From Balneola sp. (lineage in GTDB: Bacteria > Bacteroidota > Rhodothermia > Balneolales > Balneolaceae): a stretch of 32,000 nucleotides of DNA. Below are positions 17,269 through 23,425 of the stretch, one piece after another (the stretch's first letter is position 1; each line of letters opens with the position of its first letter). The stretch covers positions 1 through 32,000 of the forward strand of contig PBJO01000022.1 in NCBI GenBank assembly GCA_002720745.1, in the 5' to 3' direction. Made by a program: the position numbers and the translations under genes. Below the pieces are notes generated by a model that did no database searches, was not told the DNA's origin, and saw only the letters and a list, made by a program, of their open reading frames with translations.

Positions 17269-18447
17269 TTAGAATCGAATAACTGCATGAAATCCAAATC
17301 CAGTTTGTTTATAAGTTAAACGGTCTTTATTTGCTAATTTTATTGTTTCGCCAGCAAGCATGAGATTACCAAAAACAGACAATCCAATATTTTTACTTAA
17401 ATTAAATTGCAGTCCAGGTTCTAACACAAACATTTCGCCTTCTTTATTCCCAAGTGGAAATTGCGTATTTAATTTGGAATAAAATACTACACGATATTCG
17501 TCTATATCTGCAACTTTTTCTGATATAGCTTGATAATAGATTAATCCCAATTCGAATAGCGAAATATCGAATAATGTTTGTTCTCTGTCTTGAGATCTAA
17601 CTATATGATAACCAGCACTAAAACCAATATAAGAACTATTTTCTAAATCTAAAGGCTGTCTGTAGGTAAATGTTATACTGAAATCAGTAAGAGCTTGTCT
17701 TAACAGAGTATCAGCTTGATGTGAGAATGCGTTTGCTGTGGAATCAGCACCAGCACCAGCACCAGTACCAGTACCAGTAGTGTCGTTACTTGTTGTGGAT
17801 GTTGCATATTTATTTCGGTACCAACTATCAGAGGCTTTATTACTAATGCCAAAAGTAACTAGTTTTTGTGTTCCTTGATTTAAAGTAGGTAAAACTATTG
17901 GAGGGTTTGAAATAAACGAATTACTCCATATCACTTCGCGTGATTGAGGATTCATTACACGGATACTAATAACTAGTCCTTCAGGTTCTCTTCGTTGTAA
18001 ACTTAACTCAACAAGACCTTGGACACCATATTTATAGGCAATTTCTTCTAGCATCTCTGGGGATACATCTGCTAGGGAACGTCCTTGCATATTTAGAATT
18101 TGTAGAGTAGAATCGTTCCCTACAATCTTAAGTTTATCGTTTGGTTCTAATTCAGGAGGTGATAATACGGTAAGCCCAGCATAATTGCGCATAGAATACT
18201 CGATCTCTGCACGTATGTATTCTACCTCTTCATTTGTGAATCTAAGTGCTGAATAATTAATTTTATAGATAGCTATACGACGCACTGTGGCGGGAAAATC
18301 AGCTAAATTTGGATTTAACTGTTCTTGGATTTTTTCAATCATGTACGGATCACCTTGTTCATAACTAAAAATCTGAGCAGCGACATAGTAAGAATCAGTC
18401 AAAGCTCCAAGAATGAAAACGATAAGTAGATTGAATAATTTTTTCAT
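17269..18447 (-). CDS. Outer-membrane protein: N-terminal periplasmic alpha/beta domain, Thr/Gly/Ala linker and C-terminal beta-barrel
   Basis: SPI-type signal peptide (…YYVAAQ). The C-terminal half shows an alternating amphipathic pattern and ends FGFHAVIRF, with the terminal Phe typical of OMPs. The N-domain (IAIYKINY...GVQGLVELSLQRREPEGLVISIRVMNPQSREVIWSNSF) resembles the FlgO/CsgG/TolB-N-like fold pattern. Confidence 0.65.
   Translation of the reverse strand: MKKLFNLLIVFILGALTDSYYVAAQIFSYEQGDPYMIEKIQEQLNPNLADFPATVRRIAIYKINYSALRFTNEEVEYIRAEIEYSMRNYAGLTVLSPPELEPNDKLKIVGNDSTLQILNMQGRSLADVSPEMLEEIAYKYGVQGLVELSLQRREPEGLVISIRVMNPQSREVIWSNSFISNPPIVLPTLNQGTQKLVTFGISNKASDSWYRNKYATSTTSNDTTGTGTGAGAGADSTANAFSHQADTLLRQALTDFSITFTYRQPLDLENSSYIGFSAGYHIVRSQDREQTLFDISLFELGLIYYQAISEKVADIDEYRVVFYSKLNTQFPLGNKEGEMFVLEPGLQFNLSKNIGLSVFGNLMLAGETIKLANKDRLTYKQTGFGFHAVIRF
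17745..17780. repeat. In-frame hexanucleotide tandem tract: (CAGCAC)x3, (CAGTAC)x2, CAGTAG
   Basis: Read directly at 17745-17780. On the coding (minus) strand it encodes the TGTGTGAGAGA linker of the OM protein. Confidence 0.9.
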
Positions 18448-18450
18448 TAT

Positions 18451-20385
18451 CTATGCGTCTGTTTTCATTTTTCGACGTACTGCATAAAGAATAGTTTTTT
18501 GGGCATCTTCAACCTCTGAATTAGTCGCTTCAGAAGGCATTTCTATTTCACTGAGTATGAGTTGTTGATCTCGTTTGGTACGGGATTTTAAAACTTTCTC
18601 TCGAACTGCTGCAGGAGCAGTACGTAGGGCTAAAATAAGTGTTTCAGAGGGTATTTCGTCAAGTGCTGATTTTATTAATTCAATTTTTACTTTAGGTAAA
18701 TCATCAAAACCGATAAAAAACTTTTTAATTTTTTTAGCTAATTCTAAATCTTGTTCTGCAATTGAAGCAACGTATGCATCTTGTTCAGACAGTGGCATAG
18801 TTTCAATTGTATTTAGTATAGTTTCTACACCATCTGCTGCAACGTATTTCATGTCTGAGATTTCTAATGCTTTGTTAGAGAAATGAGAAGCAACTTTTTT
18901 ATAAACTGAAATGGGTATGTTGTTAATTTTTCCCATCTTGAGAAGGATTGATATACGCTTATCATCATCCATTTTTTGTAAAACAACTCCAGCTCTTTCA
19001 CCTGCAACCTGTGCTAATAAAATTGAAATCATTTCCTCAGACTCATCTTTCATTAAATGAAGAATTTGTTGATCTGTTAACTGATCGACAAAGTCGAATA
19101 GGCTGTTTTGCGACCCTTCAGCATCTGTAGATGCTTTATATGTCGTAATGCTGCTTCGGAAATTTTCTGTTTCACTTATCCTTTCTTCCAAAGTAAGGGC
19201 GTCAAAATTATTAAGACCAAAATTAATCATCTCAAAAGTATTGGAACTTATATGAGGCTTTAACATTTTCAACAGCGTCTCGTCTACACTTATAAGGCTT
19301 TTTACCGCTTTCGATACACCCTGTTCTTCATCATTTTCAATCCATTCGCTTATTATATTTGCAACGATTTTTGGTTTACTAATACACATATTTGCAATGA
19401 AGGTTTTGTCTCCTTCGAATTTTGCCATTTCTCTTACAGTAGGCCCTTTTTGAGGTTCTGGTGTTTTAAGTTCTGTAATGATAGGTTGAGAATTTTGTAA
19501 TACAGGTGTAGTTTGTCCCATGTCCTGCATAATTTGTTCTTCATCTTTAGCTTTGGTTTTTCTTGAAATTGCCATAAATAATGCCAGTAAGAATAAGATT
19601 CCTAATGCAATAATTATAAATATTAGATGCTCAGGATTATTCCAATCAATTCCTAAGAACATCTTTTTTTCTCTTTCTGCAACTACTGTTTGTATTATTG
19701 TGTCTGGCGTAAGTGGGAACATACTATTCTCGATAACCTCTTCTCTTTCATTATCTTCTTCTTGCTCTTCTTCAATATCATTAATTTCGTTGTTTGTATC
19801 TAACAACGCCGCGGGATTTGGTGCAGTAGATTTTTTAACATCTTGTGCAATAGCTCGGTTATTGCGCGGAAATACTTTTCTGCTAACCGATATTATGTCT
19901 CCACGAAATTCATCGGCATTTGCAATTAATATAACGGCTTCTTCCACAAAATCTACATCCTCATTACTATAAGAGGTGTCAACGAGTACTTTTATATTGA
20001 GTCTAGTAAGTTGGAAGCGAGCATCAAATCCTGAGGCTCTCAAACTATCCTGATTAGATGACCTATTCTTTTGTATATTTGGTGGGATAAAAGGTAATCC
20101 TGGTAAATTTTCAATTTTAATGTCTTCTTGTGGCTGTATAATCTCATATCCTTTAGGGACTAAGATTCGCTCCAATGTCGCCTTAACATCTACAATAAAT
20201 GTACCTTCTCGATAATAATCTGAGAGTGCATTATCTAAAATTATTTCATAGTACCGTTCATATTTAGCAGTTTCTTCTTGGGCATCTGCAGACAATGTTT
20301 GTGCAGGCAAAATTTGCCCGATTACAATAATACTCTGAAGCGCAATAATGCCCGTAAGAGCAAGAAATTTAAAGTATCCTGCCAT
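18451..20385 (-). CDS. Membrane protein fusing a FliF-like periplasmic ring-forming region to a complete FliG-like (N/M/C) cytoplasmic region
   Basis: TM1/signal at aa 5-27. The periplasmic region includes RLNIKVLVDTSYSNEDVDFVEEAVILIANADEFRGDIISVSRKVF, which resembles the FliF/YscJ C-terminal periplasmic motif. An acidic linker follows, then TM2 at aa 253-273 (nt 19567-19629). The cytoplasmic ~330 aa carry ADGVETILNTIE (FliG-M GGxxxAAxILN-like), KKFFIGFDDLPKV (the FliG MFVFEDL box, nt 18697-18720), LILALRTAPAAVREKVLKSRTKRDQQLILSEIE and VEDAQKTILYAVRRKM (FliG-C). Confidence 0.75.
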   Translation of the reverse strand: MAGYFKFLALTGIIALQSIIVIGQILPAQTLSADAQEETAKYERYYEIILDNALSDYYREGTFIVDVKATLERILVPKGYEIIQPQEDIKIENLPGLPFIPPNIQKNRSSNQDSLRASGFDARFQLTRLNIKVLVDTSYSNEDVDFVEEAVILIANADEFRGDIISVSRKVFPRNNRAIAQDVKKSTAPNPAALLDTNNEINDIEEEQEEDNEREEVIENSMFPLTPDTIIQTVVAEREKKMFLGIDWNNPEHLIFIIIALGILFLLALFMAISRKTKAKDEEQIMQDMGQTTPVLQNSQPIITELKTPEPQKGPTVREMAKFEGDKTFIANMCISKPKIVANIISEWIENDEEQGVSKAVKSLISVDETLLKMLKPHISSNTFEMINFGLNNFDALTLEERISETENFRSSITTYKASTDAEGSQNSLFDFVDQLTDQQILHLMKDESEEMISILLAQVAGERAGVVLQKMDDDKRISILLKMGKINNIPISVYKKVASHFSNKALEISDMKYVAADGVETILNTIETMPLSEQDAYVASIAEQDLELAKKIKKFFIGFDDLPKVKIELIKSALDEIPSETLILALRTAPAAVREKVLKSRTKRDQQLILSEIEMPSEATNSEVEDAQKTILYAVRRKMKTDA

Positions 20386-20454
20386 GATTTAACCCCCGCA
20401 GAAGGTAATTTATTTAAGCCTAAGTATAGATGATGATATGTACATCGCTAAGTA

Positions 20455-20470
20455 TGCGAAAATTTTTCCA
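20455..20470 (-). promoter_or_regulatory. Candidate sigma-54 (-24/-12) promoter for the FliFG-MotAB operon
   Basis: The minus strand reads TGGAAAAATTTTCGCA. The GG and GC dinucleotides sit at the canonical spacing of TGGCAC-N5-TTGCA, ~70 nt upstream of the ATG at 20385. Only 8 of 12 defined consensus positions match, so this is weak. Confidence 0.25.
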
Positions 20471-20652
20471 GTTTTCCACATTATTGAATAAAATAAGTAG
20501 AATATTGATTTAATGATAATATTCTTCAAAATTATTGATGTTTAAATACTTAGACGAGAATAAATCTCACACAGTGTCATTATTTATCTACTTATCCACA
20601 CTCTAGACCACAAAAGAGCACTCAAGTTATGTATGCACTGAACGGGATTTTA

Positions 20653-21081
20653 CTAAGATGAAAAAGCCAAAGCGTAAATTTTCATTTGCTTAACCATAGA
20701 AGCCAAGCCATTAGCTCTCGTTGGTGAAAGATGTTCATGCATCCCAATTTCAGTTATGAAGGTAGGCTCTGTTGAAAGAATGGCACTTGGGGTCTGATGG
20801 CTATATAGGTGGACCATCAATGCTACCAGTCCCTTTGTGATAGCGGCGTCACTATCAGCCTCGAAAATGATTTTACCATCACTGAATTCGGCATGCAGCC
20901 ATACTTGACTTTGACAGCCCTTTACTATGTTATTTTCTACCTTTTTGGAGCTATCAAGATGGGGTAGCTTAGAACCAAATTTAATTATGTACTTATAGCG
21001 CTCAGTCCAATCTTCAAGCAAACTGAATTCTCTGACAATTCTATTTTGGATGTCTACAATACTTACCTTTGACTGCGACAT
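20653..21081 (-). CDS. sufE: SufE-family sulfur acceptor protein
   Basis: ~140 aa with IVKGCQSQVWLHAEF, the SufE active-site Cys motif. The tail RANGLASMVKQMK is SufE-like. Confidence 0.85.
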   Translation of the reverse strand: MSQSKVSIVDIQNRIVREFSLLEDWTERYKYIIKFGSKLPHLDSSKKVENNIVKGCQSQVWLHAEFSDGKIIFEADSDAAITKGLVALMVHLYSHQTPSAILSTEPTFITEIGMHEHLSPTRANGLASMVKQMKIYALAFSS

Positions 21082-21089
21082 ATCGACGC

Positions 21090-21968
21090 TTAAATCTCTT
21101 TTAACTCTAACTTACCGACTGATTTTACTGATGAAATTTTATTGTTATTATCATCTTTTATAGGACTAAATGACTGATATATTGTCTGGTAATCATCAGA
21201 ATCTGGGATTTTATAGCGAAATAATTCAGATACCGTTTTCCCTTCAAACGCATTACTTAGAGCGTGCTGTATCATGGCAACGTCGTCTGGGTGTATAACA
21301 CTACCTAATCCTTTTTCAAAAATATCATCAGAGCTACATCCTGTGACTTCTTCGAAGGCTTCATTTATGTATTTACAATTAAAGCCTGATTCATCTTTAG
21401 AAAATTTCAGAATAAACTCTTCTCGTTGCTTAAGTAGCGTACCAAAATCAGTATTAAAAATTGCCTTTGCTGTTTCTTTTTTCTCTGTAACATCTCGCTG
21501 ATACGATACCCAATGAGTCACCTCTCCTTGAGTATTCATTAAGGGATGAATATCCCACTGGTTGATAAACTCTGAACCGTCTTTACGATAATTAATGGTA
21601 TGACCAAAAAAGGCTTGACCTTCAATTAATCGTCTTTTTAGCCGTTCTAATATAGATCGGTCTGTTTTTTCTCCTTGGAGTATACGAGGTGTTTTTCCTA
21701 GTACTTCTTGTTTTGTGTACCCAGTCATACGGGTGAAGCCGTCATTTACGTAAATAATTTTTGGTCCTGGTTTCACTAAACTAAGCTCGGTGATAATGAT
21801 GGAATCATAATCGTTTCGAATCGCGCTTTCTAACAGCTCCAATTGATGTTTTAGTACAGCAATTTCATTTGCTTGTGACTTAAAAGCATCTTCTAGCCTT
21901 ATTTGTGCTTCAGCGTCTTTTGTAATTTTCTTGATGTCGTCTATTTCAAATGATTTATTGTACTTCAT
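21090..21968 (-). CDS. Dual-PAS protein with no output domain. The first PAS is LOV-like but lacks the adduct-forming Cys.
   Basis: aa 52-160 align by eye to LOV domains: IIYVNDGFTRMTGYTKQEVLGKTPRILQGEKTD...INYRKDGSEFINQWDIHP...WVSYQRDVTEKK. GKTPRILQG (nt 21672-21698) replaces the canonical GxNCRFLQG. An N-terminal coiled coil and a second PAS occupy the rest. Confidence 0.75.
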   Translation of the reverse strand: MKYNKSFEIDDIKKITKDAEAQIRLEDAFKSQANEIAVLKHQLELLESAIRNDYDSIIITELSLVKPGPKIIYVNDGFTRMTGYTKQEVLGKTPRILQGEKTDRSILERLKRRLIEGQAFFGHTINYRKDGSEFINQWDIHPLMNTQGEVTHWVSYQRDVTEKKETAKAIFNTDFGTLLKQREEFILKFSKDESGFNCKYINEAFEEVTGCSSDDIFEKGLGSVIHPDDVAMIQHALSNAFEGKTVSELFRYKIPDSDDYQTIYQSFSPIKDDNNNKISSVKSVGKLELKEI

Positions 21969-22101
21969 AGGGCCACTTTGATCTCAAGCAGTTTACATAT
22001 TAGTAGTCAGCACATAAACGACTAATTATGATCAATCATTCCACAACTTCAAACAAATAATTAATGCTCTATATGAGTTTATATGGGTACAATTGCAGAA
22101 T

Positions 22102-22129
22102 AAAAAAAGGGGGACTATTGCCCCCCTTT
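22102..22129 (-). terminator. Rho-independent terminator ~285 nt downstream of meaB
   Basis: The minus strand reads AAAGGGGGGCAATAGTCCCCCTTTTTTTA: a G/C stem (GGGGG/CCCCC plus A:T extension), a ~7-nt loop, then a T7 run (22102-22108). Confidence 0.7.
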
Positions 22130-22412
22130 CCTCACTCACTCATCGAAGTAGCAGCTTAGCTTAGCTAAACTGCACATTCTTTAATATTCAATTATAATCA
22201 GCTGTTACATATATACAAATTGAATTTTGTCAATCGCTCAAACACATTTATTATTATTGCAGAAAAAAAACATTTGTAGCTAACAGGTCATAAGTGATTA
22301 TGCTAATATAATATTGTAAGCGCTTTTTTGCTAATATAAAGTGTGTTTTTATACATATTTTGTTTATCAAGTGCTATTCTAAACAGGCTAAAACCTTAAA
22401 ATGAACGGTTTA

Positions 22413-23423
22413 TCAATTATTAAGTAGTGAGCGTGTGAACTCTTGAGCTGCTTCTAGGATACTTATCTTACCAGATTGCATCTCTTTTAAGAGCATGTTT
22501 TTGAGAGGAGTAGAGTGTTTAGCTGAATGTAAATATTGAAGCCAATAAAATTCACTTAATTTTTTGAACCATTGTTTTTGTTGCATTTGTCTTTTGTGCT
22601 CGTAGTATCCAATTGATGTAGCTTGTTCCAGGAATTTAGTTACAGCTTGCCAACTTTCAGAGATTCCAGTCTCTTCGACGGAACTAACCCCAATGATTGG
22701 TACTTGGTAATTCTTTAAGGAATGAGTGATCAGTTGAGATGTAGATCGTAATGATTGAAGGGTTTGTTGAGCTAGATATTTAGTGGCCCCGTCCATTTTA
22801 TTCACTAGTAAGACATCAGCAAATTCTAATACTCCTCGTTTAATTCCTTGTAATTCATCTCCACTACCGGGTTGATTGAGTAAAACAAAGCAGTCAACCA
22901 TATCCGCTACTGCACCCTCATTCTGACCGATTCCGACGGTTTCTATGAGGATGACGCTATAACCAGCTAATTCGCATAAGCTCATGATTGATTGAGTTGC
23001 ATGCGTGACTCCACCAAGAACTTGTTGGGAAGGTGAAGGGCGTATAAAGGCATTAACTTGGGTACTTAATCGTTCCATTCTAATTTTATCACCCAGAATA
23101 GAACCACCAGAAACCCGGCTACTAGGATCTACAGCTAACACGCATACTCGGAATCCTAAGGAGAGTAGATGCATTCCTAAAGATTCTATGTAGCTACTTT
23201 TTCCTACCCCAGGAGGTCCGGATATCCCTACTCTAATTGTTGGAGTATGACCATTTTTATTAAGTCGTTTTAAGGCTCCATCAAGTAGGTCCCGAGCCCG
23301 GTTTTGATCTTCTATACAGGTGCTTTCTACGAGTGTGATAGCCCGAGAAAGGCTTCGTATTTGCCCTTTTTCAATGGAATTTATCCATTTTGAAATAGCA
23401 GTATGAACACTATTTTTTCTCAT
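22413..23423 (-). CDS. meaB: Methylmalonyl-CoA mutase-associated GTPase (G3E family, MeaB/ArgK)
   Basis: P-loop GISGPPGVGKSS, VLAVDPSS, ILIETVGIGQNE and VNKMDG are MeaB hallmarks. The start lies 2 nt after the mutase stop. Confidence 0.9.
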   Translation of the reverse strand: MRKNSVHTAISKWINSIEKGQIRSLSRAITLVESTCIEDQNRARDLLDGALKRLNKNGHTPTIRVGISGPPGVGKSSYIESLGMHLLSLGFRVCVLAVDPSSRVSGGSILGDKIRMERLSTQVNAFIRPSPSQQVLGGVTHATQSIMSLCELAGYSVILIETVGIGQNEGAVADMVDCFVLLNQPGSGDELQGIKRGVLEFADVLLVNKMDGATKYLAQQTLQSLRSTSQLITHSLKNYQVPIIGVSSVEETGISESWQAVTKFLEQATSIGYYEHKRQMQQKQWFKKLSEFYWLQYLHSAKHSTPLKNMLLKEMQSGKISILEAAQEFTRSLLNN

Positions 23424-23425
23424 TC

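Noticed and set aside
19520-19972. A 150-aa plus-strand ORF antisense to the FliF/FliG-like gene. Similar antisense ORFs lie at 18575-18886, 18948-19130, 16012-16218 and 16558-16800.
   Set aside because: The Ser/Ile/Leu-rich low-complexity translations are mirror images of the Glu/Asp/Lys-rich sense frame. They lie entirely inside well-supported genes and carry no motifs.
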